This document shows, one piece after another, positions 49,330-63,400 of a stretch of DNA of 64,000 bases (its first letter is position 1; each line of letters begins with the position of its first letter). The notes under the pieces were generated by a model that searched no databases, had not been told where the DNA came from, and saw only the letters and a list, made by a program, of their open reading frames with translations. Position numbers and translations under genes: made by a program. The DNA is from Basidiobolus meristosporus CBS 931.73. Taxonomy: Eukaryota > Fungi > Basidiobolomycota. Where the stretch lies: NCBI GenBank assembly GCA_002104905.1, contig MCFE01000111.1, forward strand, positions 1-64,000, given 5' to 3'.

Positions 49330-51958
49330 TCCTATCCCCCCTTATGTGTTCCTCAGTGTGATAAGCACAGGTCTTGAATAAACAGCCTTGCCTTGCAAAT
49401 CCACCTTGCCTTGTTGGTCCCCACCTAAGTCATTTGCTGGTCCTGCCTTGCCTAGCTCTACTCTCCTGCCTTGTGTCTATTTCTAACAGTTTTATCAGAC
49501 TGATTTTGACTTGCCAGTGGGTTTCTGCCTACTACCTAAAGTTCTTGAGAAGAACTTATAAAGGACCACCTACTGTAAATATCACTCTGAATCTTTCCCT
49601 AGTGTTGTCCTCTGAAGGCATAGATACTTCATCTTTGTAAAATTATTAGCCAAAGCTGCATTCACTTTATTGCCCTGCTGGTGAAGTTTACAGTTGTTAC
49701 AGTATTGGAAGCTTTAGTACAATATCTATCATTGGATGTTGAAGCTGGCACCTTCTGAAGTGATGCTAACTTATTCAAAGTTGGGGATTGTGGCGCAATA
49801 TTTGTATTCTTGACAAACTAGTGGCCTTATAACCCATATATTAGCTAGTAGTATCCAGTATTTCTGAGCAGGCTCAAGAAACCTCTCCACCTCCTGCAAC
49901 CCCAACAAGGCCAGTCCAGAGTACAAGCTTGAAAGTGTCATGGCTGCCTTTACCCAGCTGCAACAAGACAATGCAGATCTCAGAAACACTGTTGTTCTGC
50001 TTCAGAGCCAAAATACTCAACAATCTAGACATACTCCCTCCCGCCATGATCCCAAGATCACTTCCACTACAAAGCTCAATGGCTCCCAAAATGGGTTCCA
50101 AGGTCTCATCAACATAGTCAAACACCACTTGTTGCTACAACCCAATTGGTTCCCAATAGATCAAGCAAAAATGGTTATATCTCTAACCTGTTCACTGGAA
50201 CTGCCCAGAAGTAATTCTCCCCCTTAGTGGAAGTCAACTTCCCTCTACTCAGTGATTACAATGCCTTGCTTACAGAAATAGAGCTAACATTTGGCAACAT
50301 TGACCAGGCCAGAGCTACTGCCAACAAGATCAAGAACTTGAAGTAAGGAGACAGACCTGCATCTGCCTATGCTTCCAAATTTCAGCTACTAGCCAGTGGC
50401 TTGAGCCCTTCGGGTGATGCTGCCCTAATCAGTCAGTTTCAAGATGGACTCAATGATAAAGTCAGTGGCCTACTACTTACACTCCTTGACTCATCTACCT
50501 TGGGTGAAGCAACACATCAAGCAATCCAATATGATGATTGCCTTTTCCAGACAAAACAAAAGTTCTGACATACTTATCAGCCAATCTCCTTCCCAGTAAT
50601 CCAGTTGCCCAGTATTAAGCCCAATGATCCTATGCAAATTGACTGTGCCAAATACAAGAGACTTACAAACAAAGAAAGATCTAGGCGTCAGCAGGTAAAC
50701 TCTGCCTGTACTGTGGCCAATAAGGCCACATGCCAAGTCTTGCCCCAACAAGAGGTCCAGCATCAAACTCCTGCAATCATCCAGTGAACAGCCTTCTCCA
50801 GGATTGTTGGGAAACTCCAGTGTCCAGGCACAATGATAAGCTTGCAACTTGATCCTCCAATGAAAATTCAACACACTCAAGAAACATCATTTGCTACCAA
50901 ATCCAACCAGTCCTCATGAATGCCTGTCAATATCCATATCCCTGAGTCCAGTCCTGTCCATGTCCTTGCTCTCATAGACACTGGTGCTTCCTCCTGCTTC
51001 ATTGACCAGTTCTTTGTCCAGAAGCACAAAATCTCCACTATCCAGAAATCCTGTCCTCTCCAAGTAGAAGTCATGGATGGAAGATCCCTTTCCTCTAGTG
51101 CTGTTACCTGTGAGACATGTCTACTCCAGCTGTCCAGTACTGGCCACCATGAGATAATAGCCTTCAACATCATGAACTCTCCCCACTACCCCATAGTCCT
51201 TGGAAGCCCCTGGCTTAGTTACCATAACCCAGCTATCAACTGGAAGACCAAAACCCTGATATTCCTCAGAGTCCATCAGGTCAACTCTGTGCAAGTACCT
51301 GACTTCTCAGGTGAAGAAGCATTTTTTCCCAAGCTACTCCAGACCCATGAGCCCATCATCACTGAAGGAACCCCCTTCAATGGAATACCTGCCAAGTATC
51401 AAGAGTTTGCCCATATCTTTGATAAGAAGAAAGCAGAACTACTCCCAGCACATAAACTCTATTAATGTCTCATTGACCTTGAAGATGGAAAACCCCCACC
51501 TTTTGGCCCTATCCACAACCTCTTGCAACCTGAGTTGAGAGAACTCCACTGCTATATCCAAGAAAACCTCCAGAGAGGTTTATTCAGCTTTCCAAGCCCC
51601 CAGCTGATGGCCCAATACTCTTTGTCAAAAAAAAGGAGGGTACTCTAAGAATGTGTGTAGACTACCACGCACTGATTAAGATCTCAATCCAGAACTAGTA
51701 CCCTTTGCACTGGATCAATACCCTGTTGGATCAGCTCTCTGCTGCCCAATTATCTACTAAAACTGACCTCAGAGGAGCTTATAACCTTGTAAGGATCAAG
51801 CCCAGTGATGAATGGAAAACTGCCTTCAGGACAAAATATGGTCACTTGAGTATAAAGTTATGTCCTTTGGCCTCACCAATGCCTCAGCTGACTTTTCAAC
51901 ACCTGATGAATGACATATTCCATGAGCACCTTAACCAATTTGTGGTTATCTCTGTATA
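49330..51958 (+). mobile_element. Ty3/gypsy family 2, 3'-truncated (LTR remnant, gag, protease, start of RT)
   Basis: PNDPMQID plus knuckle remnant, ALIDTGASSCFID, IVLGSPWL, DLRGAYNLVRIK..DEWKTAFRTKYG; ends at FVVISV before the YLDD motif. Confidence 0.88.
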
Positions 51959-51971
51959 GTGTGAAGCTTTA

Positions 51972-52614
51972 AGACTTGTTCCATTGGATAGTGCCACATT
52001 GAGCCATTAGTTTAGGGTTAGGTGCTTCACCCATCATGCAGGGGAAAATCCAATCTCTGACCTTTTTTTGGGATGAATGTAGTGCATGATCTGTAAGCGG
52101 AAAGAAGGACTGAAGACATGTTTCTGGAACTCAATACCCATGGCACTCTGAACCTAGCTCATATGGCTTGTAACATGTCACAAACATACATGACACATTC
52201 TTGGTTAACTAGTGCTATTTGGCACTTTAAGTGCTTTGTGTAGTTTTTACTTTAGGGCCAATATTTAAATTCAGTTGCAGATAGTACCAGTGGACCAAGA
52301 TAGTGCCATCCATTTTTGTGACATGTTACAAGCCACTGGAGCTAGATTCAGTGTGCCATGGGCTTGAGTAGCAGATGCTTGTCCTCAGTCCTTCTATGCT
52401 CTGCCCCATCATGTACAACATTGAACTCAAAAAAATGGCAAAAAATGGATTTTCTCCAGCACAATGGGTGAAACACATGGGCTGCCTTGCATGAAGATGA
52501 AGATCTATGGTTCCCACTCAGTGACCAAGTATAAGTCCACCAGACCTCCCTGGCACACTAACACATCATTTGGCACACATGGCTCAATGTGGTACTGTCT
52601 AACAAAACAAATCT
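51972..52614. mobile_element. Second, more decayed copy of the foldback MITE, opposite orientation, left arm partly deleted
   Basis: Starts AGACTTGTTCCATTGGATAGTGCCACATTGAGCC; the central loop (~52229-52270) is the reverse complement of the loop at 39604-39643. Confidence 0.88.
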
Positions 52615-54560
52615 AACAAGTACCCACTCAGTATCAATCAAGCGCACACATATCAGATATATTTGCTGGCAAACATTACAAACAGCTTAGAAGTAAGGGC
52701 TACTTTCAAGGTATATATGCCCATGCCTTTGTCTTGTCACTTAATGGATTCTCATTAAGCAAGTTTCTACCGGCAAATCCTGCTGGCCACTGGCTCTCAT
52801 CAACCTGAGTCTGCCACCTATGTTATAGTATCCAAGCAGAAATCAGATGGTGGTCTCACTGGCATCTGGGCCTAAATCACTGTGCAGCCTGGATAGCTAC
52901 CAGTAGCCATTGCTGGAGGAATCTTGAATACCTTCCAGTGGGATAACAGTAAATGGCTGTCATGTCAAAGCACATATTATTAAATGCATTTGGAGATACC
53001 CCAGCCATCAGCAAGATAGCCAGCTTTTCTGAGCACAATGGATGGTATTGCTTTCAAATGTGTGAGATCCAGGGGACTTACTCCATAACCCATTCATATT
53101 AATATAGCTCAAACACCAACACTGTGAGCAATGCATTTGCTTTTCACCAATATCCTTATACTAAAGACCAAGTTGTATATGGCGCATTTCAATCTCAATG
53201 AGCCCCTTGAGATACCAGAAAAATTTAAAAGAGTTGGCAAGATATTACAGAGTATCTGCTACCCTAAGTACTTCTCACAGGCTCCAATCAACATTCATAT
53301 GCATATGCAACAATCCAAATGCAAAGACTGGATGAATTAGATATGTATTTATCAAGTGGCCTTCTAAATTCAATTCTACCAAGAGTACATTGGAAGCATT
53401 GAGAGTCATATGGGGACATTGCAGGAATATTTATTCATAAGCTGATCACCAATGCAAATGCCATGCATATACAGCTTTTGTGCAAAGAATTTGTGACAGG
53501 GCTTAAGCATCTATATTACAAACATAAAGCTGAATGCATACATCTCTGCTGCTAATGTGCATATTTGCTACTCCATCTTGCTTTGTGTGTGGAGAATATT
53601 GGACCTTACTTCAACTTTTGGGAGTTTCCTATGGAGCAAATGTGTGGGGAAATAGGAAGACAAGTCAAGTTTCAAGTACTACCATAACCCTATCTCATCA
53701 AGAATATTACCTTCAAGTGTGTCATGGATGTGAAAAGTTGGCACATGGCAGACTGACAGGAAGAGTTGGAAAATACTGAGGACAGATGTACACATGGAGA
53801 TATCTATACCTATGGCATTAAGAAGCTAAGCAGCCCCAATGTGTGGGTAATCAGTTTAGTGATGCAAAGTTAGGTTGGGTGCAACTAGTAAATAATTTCT
53901 ATTAGGAAAACACTACCAAGATAGTCAGATTTCTTTTGGTTGCAAGCCAATTTCTACATCTTGCAATATGGAATTACACAAACAAGAGCAGAATACACCT
54001 ATACAGGGGACCAGAATCCAGCAGGGAGAAGGAATATATTGGCTAAATACCTAAAAATTCCTTGCAGATAATCAGGAGGTATGCATGGCAGAAGTGGTTG
54101 CAACCAAGCATATGTCTGCATGATGTGTATGTTGCCAGCAATACAAGATATATGGTTACTTTGCAAGTTTCACACTAAAAAGCTGTAAAGTTGAGGTTAT
54201 AGAAGTATGTTACTTGCAGCAGGGGTGCATATTTATGGAGGTTAGTAAGCAGAAGGCCATAATATTTTTTGATTTGAACAATATGTGGAATACCCACAGT
54301 AGTAGTGTTCAAGCAAATAAAGTGGGGTGATTCTGCAGTGGAAAATATAAATTGCACAAGAGGAGGTAGAAAAAAGAAATACCATTTGGTAAATTGGTAT
54401 GGTAGCATTCTATAGAACTAGCTGTAGCTGGCCATACTGCTGTAATACTGCCATTAGAGGCTTGCAATGAGGCCATCAAAATACTGCCATGTTTTTTGCC
54501 ATATAAGGCAATTGGATGTACTGGATAGTTAGATCCACTTAAATAGTTGTGGAGCAAATT
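52615..54560 (+). mobile_element. CACTA/EnSpm-like transposase relic, fragment 3
   Basis: Reverse-complement homology to 45507-46900 and 37100-37738. Confidence 0.75.
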
Positions 54561-54569
54561 AAGACCGCA

Positions 54570-57531
54570 AGGATCATGCCATTGACACAGGAGATAGCCC
54601 TCCAGTGAGCAAGACACCTTACAGAATGAGTCCATTGGAATTGGAGGAAATGAAGAGACAAATTGAGCAGCTATTGGAGCAAGGATACATCAGGCCCAGC
54701 AAGTCACCTTGGGGAGCACCAGCGCTTTTTGTGAAAAAGAAGGATGGAACACTTAGGATGTGCATTGACTACAGAGCCCTGAACTCAGTTACTGTCAAGA
54801 ATAAGTACCCCATACCTTGGATTGATGAGCTTTTGGACCAACTTAATAGAGCCACTATTTTCAGCAAGATCGACCTCATGTCAGGATACAACCAGATTAG
54901 GGTGAAACCAGAAGATATCCCTAAGACAGCATTCAGGACCGGATATGGACACTGCAAGTACTTAGTCATGAGTTTTGGCCTCACTAATGCCCCTGCAACA
55001 TTCATGACGCTGATGCAGACTGTCTTTCAGGAGTACCTAGACAAGTTTGTGATAATCTACCTGGATGACATATTGATATACAGCAAGACAGAAAAGGATC
55101 ACATGGTGCACATTGAAAAGGTCTTGAAGAAACTAAGAGAGAACAAGCTATATGGCAAGCTAGCCAAGTGTGAATTCTTCAAGGAACACGTAGAATATCT
55201 GGGACACATAGTGACTAGCACAGGAGTAACCTTAGACCCCAAGAAGGTGGAAGTAATCAAGAATTTGAAGCAGCCCCATAGCATATCAGAACTCAGATCC
55301 TTCCTTGGAATGGTTTCCTATTATCAGAGATTTGTCAAGTCATTTGCAAGTATTGCAGCCCCTTTAACTGATATTCTCAAGAAAGACAATACCTACAAGT
55401 GGGACATAGCTTGTGAGACTGCCTTCCAGACGCTAAAGAATGAACTTGCTAAGCTGCCAAGCTTAAGAATACCAGACTTCAGAAAAGAGTTCACTCTGTG
55501 CACAGATGCTTCAGATTATGCAATTGGTGGAGTGCTGAGCCAAGTACACAAGGGAAAGGACTACCCTGTTGCCTTTGAATCCAAGAAACTGAACTCAGCA
55601 GAACAAAACTATCCAGTCCATGAGAAGGAGATGCTTGCTATAATACACTGTTTGAAGACATGGAGATGCTATATTGAAGGAGTCAAATGCACTGTGAAGA
55701 CTGATCATGCCTCCCTCAAGTATATATTTACTCAGAAGGTACTCTCTAGAAGAATGACAAGATGGAATGAATACATTCAGCAATTTGACCTGGAGATTGT
55801 CTACTGTCCTGGAAAAAACAATACGGTAGCTGATGCCTTATCAAGATTAGATCAAGTTGCACAACTCAACTTGGTGCATGAATCAGATTGGCCTAGCCTA
55901 TTACCAAAGTACTTGGAGGACAAAGCCATTCCTAATGAGGTGGATGAAGATATCAAGAAGATAATCCGTGATGAAGCCAGCAAATTTGTTGTACAGAATG
56001 AAACACTCTACCAAATTGTTGATGGAAGCCCTATTGCCTATTGTCCTTATGTTGCTTGCCTGGATTTAATACATAAGCTACACAATGGATATGGACATCT
56101 TGGGATTGAAGGAACCTATAGCCTTGTGAAAGCCAGAGCATGGTGGCCCAGAATGAAACAAGACATTGAGAAGCTAGTAAAAACATGCCCAAACTGCCAA
56201 ATCAATCAAGGCCAGCCACAAAGAATTGCCAAACTTTTCCTTTGGAGCCTGTAAGACCATTTGAGAGATGGGGAATTGACTTTATTGGAAGACTGCCAAC
56301 TACCAGGAAATGCAACTGTTGGATCCTAGTAGCAATTGACCATGCAACTAAATGGCCAGTTGCTAAAGCTGTACCAATAGCCAGTGAACAAGAAGTTGCA
56401 AGTTTCATTTACCATGAGATCCTGATGAAGTTTGGATGCCCTGTGGAGATCTTATCCAATAGAGGTGCAAACTTTATGGCAAAGACATTAGAGGCTTACC
56501 TGGAAATGCAGCAGATCAGACACTTGAAAACCTTGGCATATCACCCCAGAACCAATGGAGTCACTGAGCGGTTTAATGGATTATTTGGAAAAATGCTGAC
56601 CTAGTATGCAAATGGAGCTGTCAGTAGATGGGATGAGTATATAGACCAAGCACTCTTTTCATGCAGAGTCAGAGTACACAACACCACCCAGCAATCACCA
56701 TTTTACTTAGTTTATGGATGTGAACCAAGAATTCCAGGAGATCTCACACAACCAAAGCTTACAGACACCTTAGAAGATGAACTCAGTCAGCCAAGTAGAC
56801 ACCAGCAACTGGAACAAAGACGTCAAGAGGCTCAGACCAGAGTATCTCAAAGTGCAGAAAAGATGAAGCAGAGATTTGATAAGACTATAGCACCAGAAGC
56901 ATTGACAGTTGGGAACTTTGTATTGCTAAGAAACAACACTTGGAAGAAGTTTGAGCCACAATGGACAGGACCATTCAAGATCATCAGAGAATGTCCATTT
57001 GCAACTTACCAACTGGTGGACAAACAAGGTAATATCCGCAAAGACTTAGTGCATAGGGACAGACTCAAGCGTGCAAGACTTGCTGATAATACTGAACCAT
57101 CAAGATATTGGTATCACAAGAAAAGAGATTCAGGAGAACCCTCTCAACTTTAGTAGGGGAGAATGTTATGATCTGCCGCTTGAATGTTTAAGTTAGATCA
57201 GTTTTTAGTCAAATCAATTAGTATATGTTTAGGTTATCAGTATATCAGTATTATCTATGAAGTCAGTGGCATTAGTCAGCAAATGAATCAGCAGATCCTT
57301 ATCAGACAGAAATAGATATATTAAGTAGAATCTTATTGGGTGATGATGATGCAATCAAGTGAGTTATCAGCCACAACCTACATTAGGAAATACAATTAGT
57401 CAGCAATTGATCTGGCAAAATGTATATAAGGAGCTGCTGGAACCTCAATAAAAATCAGTTCAAGTTTTAGTGAGTACAATACTAGCTAAACTCCCTATTC
57501 CTCTACAACTCTTATACAAAGACTTGTAACA
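54570..57531 (+). mobile_element. Ty3/gypsy family 3, 5'-truncated: RT-RNaseH-integrase plus 3' LTR
   Basis: [30 protein letters not shown], integrase HGHLG..CPNC, WGIDF, YHPRTNG; PPT TAGTAGGGGAGAA; LTR 57164-57531 with TGTTA...TAACA termini. Confidence 0.93.
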
Positions 57532-59000
57532 CATGTAGAGAAAGCAGTGTGTTTGCTGAAAAGAAGATACTCAAGTAGCTCAATTTCACAGCTAAGAGCT
57601 GAGCCATTTCCAAATGTAACTGCAGAGGAGCACCACAGAGTCTTTGAAGCACAACAATAGTGCCCAAAGATAAAGCCCACAGGAAAACATATCACAGCAG
57701 GGGAGGCAGAAAGTCTAGTGTTAACATCAAAGCCTAAAAATCAAAAGAAATTGAAGATCTGTGAAGCTGCTGAGTGTAATGACAAACAGTGGGCTAATAT
57801 TCAAGAGGCCATTAGAAATCAAGCATACCAACACCTTAAGGCCAGCATATCATGTTATCATCAGCAGCTCAAGGCCAAGCAGATTGCACTTGACTTGTTC
57901 TATTAGCATTATCCTGAATTCAAAAAAGCACACAGATTTTGGGCTAGAATTGGTATGCTAAGAAAGTATTTCCAGAATAGCAGAAACTATCAGAGGCTAA
58001 AGAACAAGGGTACAATGACTAAAAACCAGCAGCTTCCTCAAGAGCCTGCTACAAGTAGGGCCAAAAGGTCCAAACAAGCATCAAAGAGCCATCAGGTAGA
58101 TGGAAGAGTGCTGATCAGGGAAAGGCAGGCAGACACAGATGAACCAGTACAACATTTTCCAAGGAAAAAGTGTAGTTCTACTCAAGAAGCACTCAGTCAA
58201 AGCAACAGTGAAGGATCTGGCAGTGATAAGAACTAGCAGCTACCTCAGGAGCCTATCACACCATGGGCTGAGACCTTGAGACAAGCAGAAAAGAAGTATT
58301 AGGTTGCCTGCAGAGTGCCAGCAAGGGACAAACAGGGTAATCATATGCATCAGAGTAGTATTAGCAAAGAGAAAATATAGTTCAATACAATAAGCACTCA
58401 GACAAAGTAGTAGCGCAAGTCCTGGCAGTGAAAAAGGAAAAGGTAAAGCTAAAAAAGTCTACCCAGGCCAGAGACAGGGAGGCATGAGATAAAGCTTCAG
58501 TTCCTGCCAATTAATTGCAGCTCTTCACAATTAACACTGTAAGCCCAGAGCAGACTGAAACCCATCATTGCCAATGAGAATTACCAACAAGACAACTGTT
58601 GCGCTCACAAAGGTAGGAAGTGCAGCCAGTTGTGCTACACTCCAGTGGGGTAGATGAGCTTGTAGAGAAAGGCAACATTGCTAACAGAATGGAGATTCAA
58701 CTGATAGACACAGTATCAATGTCAAGAACTCAAAATGTTATCACAATGCCTTCAGTGGAACTGTGGAGCATTAATAGGCCCACCAGGAGGTTGCAGCACA
58801 TCTTCAAGATCTGTACTCACTTGAATATTGCAAGACTTTTTTGCAAAGACTGGCAGATGAGGTGCTAGACATTTAAGTGTCAGCTGAAGATCAGGATATA
58901 TGGGAACCAGTGAAAGAACAGTGGCATAAAGCTGTTGGGCTCCCACTAATGTCATAGAAATGGAGCATTATAGCAGAAATACTTATTGAGTGGTGGATTC
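57532..59000 (+). mobile_element. Degenerate segment of the CACTA-associated family (non-catalytic ORF region)
   Basis: Homologous to the reverse complements of 48530-48970 and 33170-33900; multiple stops. Confidence 0.55.
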
Positions 59001-59149
59001 TGATGGAGTTACTTGTTGAGTATGGGGTTGGGCTTAATGTTAGTGTAAGGTACAGGGACTTGTATGGGTTATTACAACTGGCAATTGAGGAACAATTGAA
59101 GTTTCAACAGAAATAAATCAGTTTGTATGCTGATAAGGTTGAGAATAAC

Positions 59150-59665
59150 TGACTTCAGACAAGATTTTACCCTCTACACAGATGCATTGGATTTTTGAAT
59201 TGGTGGAGTACTGAGCCAAAAACATGTGGGAAAGGAATACCCAGCTGCTTTTGAATTCAAGAAACTGAACCCAGCAGAGCAAAGCTATCCAGTGCATATG
59301 TTATGATCCACAGCTTGAAAGTTTAAGTATGATTAGTTTGTAGGAATATCATATAGTTTTCTGTTTAGCCTATCATGATATCAGCATGATCTACCAAATT
59401 AGTGGTGTTAGTAAATAGGAGAGTCAGCTGATCCTTACAAGAAAGAAATGGATAAATCAAGTAAAATCTAATTGGGTCTTGATGATGCACTCAAATAAGT
59501 CATCAGCCACATCACACAATAGGAAACTTGATTAGTCTGCAAATTATCTGGCAAAATAAATATAAAGAGCAGCTGAAACCTCAACAAAAATGGTTCAAGT
59601 TTTAGTGAATACTTTACTGGCTAAACTTGTGTCCCTCTACCACTCTCATACCAGGGCTTGTAACA
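59150..59665 (+). mobile_element. Gypsy family 3 RNase H fragment joined to an LTR (59299-59665)
   Basis: 59170-59298 resembles 55490-55620; LTR TGTTATGATC...CTTGTAACA is similar to 57164-57531; no TSD found. Confidence 0.8.
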
Positions 59666-59713
59666 TTAGCAACAGCATTGACCAGAAACCTCCCCCCTGA
59701 AGAAAGAAGGAGC

Positions 59714-60450
59714 TGTTGCAATTTAAGAAGTGATTTGGATATAAGGAACTTATCAAGAAATAATGATCACAGTTGAACTGTTGTTTCTTCATAAAGAGGA
59801 TCAGTATTATTGCCTTTGTAGAAGTAGTACAGCTGTAACACTAAGTATGGAGGGTTTGTTAACATTCAGGAGCATTCTGTAACAGCTTCAGGGTTAGTAC
59901 ATAACATTTGCAAAAATTGTTAAATTGATCATCACTATAGGGGTGTAATCATAGGATAAGAGATGTGAAGAAACTGGCAAAGTTGGGGCTGCAAATTAGT
60001 CCTACAGTGACCAAGACTAGTCTAGAATTGTTAAGTAATTTTTAGCTGCTGAATGTTACTAAATAGTTCAATATCTCAGCACTCCCCCTTAACTAAATAA
60101 CTTCCTAATCCTAATTCCTCTTGAAGATTCTCAAATTGTGGTCTAGCCAGTGGTTTTGTCAATACATCTGCCATCATTTTGTCAATTAGACAGTAAACTA
60201 ACTCTACTATGTTGTTTTAGACAGCTTCTCTCACAAAGTGGAGTTGTATATCTGTGTGCCTAGTTCTGGCATGAGTAGCAGGATTTCAAGCTACTGAAAT
60301 ATTACTTTGGTTATATTTGTAAATTCATGTTGGTTTATCTGAATTAAAGCCTAAGTCTTTGAATAATTTCCATAGCCATATAGCCACCTTAGCTACTTGG
60401 TAAGCAGCCATATATTCAGCTTCAGTTGTAGAAAGGGCCACAGTTGGTTG
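59714..60450 (-). mobile_element. 3' end of an older Ty1/copia copy (RNase H tail, PPT, LTR 59714-60081)
   Basis: 60082-60450 is homologous to 60820-61190; the LTR is homologous to 60451-60819. Confidence 0.88.
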
Positions 60451-63400
60451 TGTTGCAATTTAAGAAGTGATTTGAATATAAGGAACTTATCAAGAAATAG
60501 TGATAATAGTTGAACTGTTGTTTATTCATAAAGAAGCTCAGTATTTATACCTTTGTAGAAGTAATACAGCTGCAACACTAAGTAGGGAGGGTTTCTCAAT
60601 ATTCAGGAGCATTCTGTAACAGTTTCAGGGTTAGTACATAATGTTTGGTAATAGTGCTAATTTGATCCTGACTATAGGGAAATAATCATAAGATCATATA
60701 TCTAGAGAAAGTGGCAAAGTTAAGGCAGTAAATGAGACCTACAGTGACTAAGACTAGCCTAGAATTGTTAAGTAAATTTTTAGCTGCTGAATGATACCAA
60801 ATAGTCCAATATTTCAACACTCCCCCTCAACTAAATAATTTCTTAATCCCAATTTCTCTCTAAGGATCTTAAACTGTGGCCTAGCTAGTGGTTTTGTCAA
60901 TATGTCTGCCACCATTTTGTCAGTTGGGCAGTAAACCAGCTCTACTAAGTTATTTTCTACAGCTTCCCTCACAAAGTGATGCTGTATATCAATGTGCTTA
61001 GTTCTGGCATGATTAATAGGATTTCTAGCTAATGAAATACAACTTTGATTATCCTTGTAAATACATGTTGGTTCACCTGAATTAAAACCTAAGTCTTTGA
61101 ATAATTTTTGTAGCCATATAGCCTCCTTAGTTGCTTGACATGCAGCCATATATTCGGCTTCAGTTGTAGATAGTGCCACAGTTGGCTGTTTCTTGCAATT
61201 CCAAGTAATAGCTGCACCAGCATCAAGAAATACATAGCCTGTGGTAGTGCGTCTGTCAATCAAATCCCTACCCCAATCTGAATCACTATAACCATCAAAT
61301 ATTTGCCTATTAGCTGCTCCAGAGTATTCCAGTACCATATTTATGGTACCTTGTAGATATCTGAAAATCTGCTTAACTGCTGCAATTTGATCTGATCCAT
61401 AATTCTGCATAAATTGACTGACTATTCCAACTGCTACTGCAATATCTGGACGTGTAGACACCATCAAGTACATTAGGCTATTGACCATTGATTGATAGGG
61501 AAAGTTTTGGTCCATATTTGAGCTGTTTTCATCTATAACTGGCTGAGATTTGCTTAATTTCAGGTTATTGTCCATAGGGGTTGCTGCAGGCTTGCAATTT
61601 TCCATTTTGACGCGTCTAAGAATAACCCTGATGTACTTAGACTGATTCAGCACAATTTTCTGCGTAGGTATATCAAATTTGACCTCAATTCCAAGAAAAT
61701 AGCTCAATTTTCCAAGATCTTTCATCTCAAACTTGCTGAAGAGATCTGATTTTGTCTGTTTAAGTGCCTCTTGATTACTTGTAGCTATAATTAGGTTGTC
61801 CACATAAAGAACTAGGATGATCACACCCTTTTTGAGCTGTTTCACATATATACTGTGATCTGCAGTGCTACGAGAGAACCCAATTTCCTCTAGATATGTG
61901 TCAATCTTGTTATACCATGCTCTGGGTGCCTGCTTAAGCCCATACAACAATTTTCTAAGTTTGCACACCTTATGGGGGCTTTTTGGATTGGTAAAACCTT
62001 CTGGTTGCTCCATATATATAGTTTCTTGCAAATCCCCATTTAGAAAGGCTGCTTTGACGTCCATTTGGTGTAGATCTAGACTGTGTACAGCTGCCAGGGC
62101 TAGAACTGTCCTAATAGAGTTAAACTTGGCAACCGGAGCAAATGTTTCCTTAAAGTCTAGTCCCTGGATCTGGGAATAGCCTTTAGCTACCAATCTAGCC
62201 TTGTACTTATCAACGGCACCATTTGAGGTTATCTTGATCTTGTAGACCCATCTACATCCTATTGGCTTTCTCCCATTTGGTAAATCTACCAGTTCCCACG
62301 TTTTTGCCTTGATCAGTGATTGGTACTCCTCCTGCATGGCTTGTTGCCACTTAGTAGCATCTGGACCTTGCATTGCCTGTTCCAGATTCTGAGGTTTGGC
62401 ACATAAGGCAAGATAAGCTTCTTCATGATCATTGGATATCTGCCACCAGGATCCAGGGGCATTTCTTATTCTGGTAGATCTCCTAACTGGGATAATCTGT
62501 TCTGATCTGGAACTGGTAGAAGTATCTTCCATCTCTGGCTGGATTTGGTACGTATCTTCCTCATTTGTGTTGATTGCATCATCAGGCAGCTGGCCAATGA
62601 TTTCTGTGGCTTTCTGATCTGAATTCTCCTCAAATACAACGTCCCTGCTCTTGATCAGCTTCTGAATTTTGCCATCATACACTCTATACCCTTTAGTATC
62701 TTCACAATACCCAAGAAAGATCCCTTTTCTACTCTTTGGTTCCAACTTTGAGCGTTTTTTGTCAGGGATGTGATAAAAAACATCACTGCCAAAGATCCTG
62801 AGGTGCTGGAGATCTGGTTTTTTGCCTGTATATGCTTCAAAGGGTGTAGAATCACGTAGTGCTGTTGTTGGGCATCTGTTCTTGATGTATACAGTGGTAG
62901 CAACAGATTCAGCCCAAAACTTGTAGTCCATTCCCTTATCATGTAGCATAGATCTTCCCATCTCTACTATTGTTCTATTTGCACATTCTGCTACTCCATT
63001 TTGCTGTGGAGTATGAGGAACTGTGGTCTGTTGAAGTATACCAGTAGACAAGCAGTATTTTGCAAACTCCTTTGAGCAGTATTCTCCTCCATTGTCACTT
63101 CGTAGTACCTTCAATTTACACCCAGTTTGTGTTTCTGCCATGTTCTTGAAGTGCTTAAACGTCTCTAAAGCTTCATCCTTTGTTTAGAGGAAGTACACCC
63201 ATGTATATCTTGTCTTGTCATCAATAAACGTCATAAAGTATCTCTTGGCTCCAAAGGACAGTGTTCTCATGGGGCCACATATGTCTGAGTGTACAATAGC
63301 CAATATTTCGGTAGTATTGATGTCTTCTGAGCTCTTGAAACGTTGCCTAGCTTGTTTGCCATATGAACATCCCTTACAAACATTCAATTTGATTGGAATT

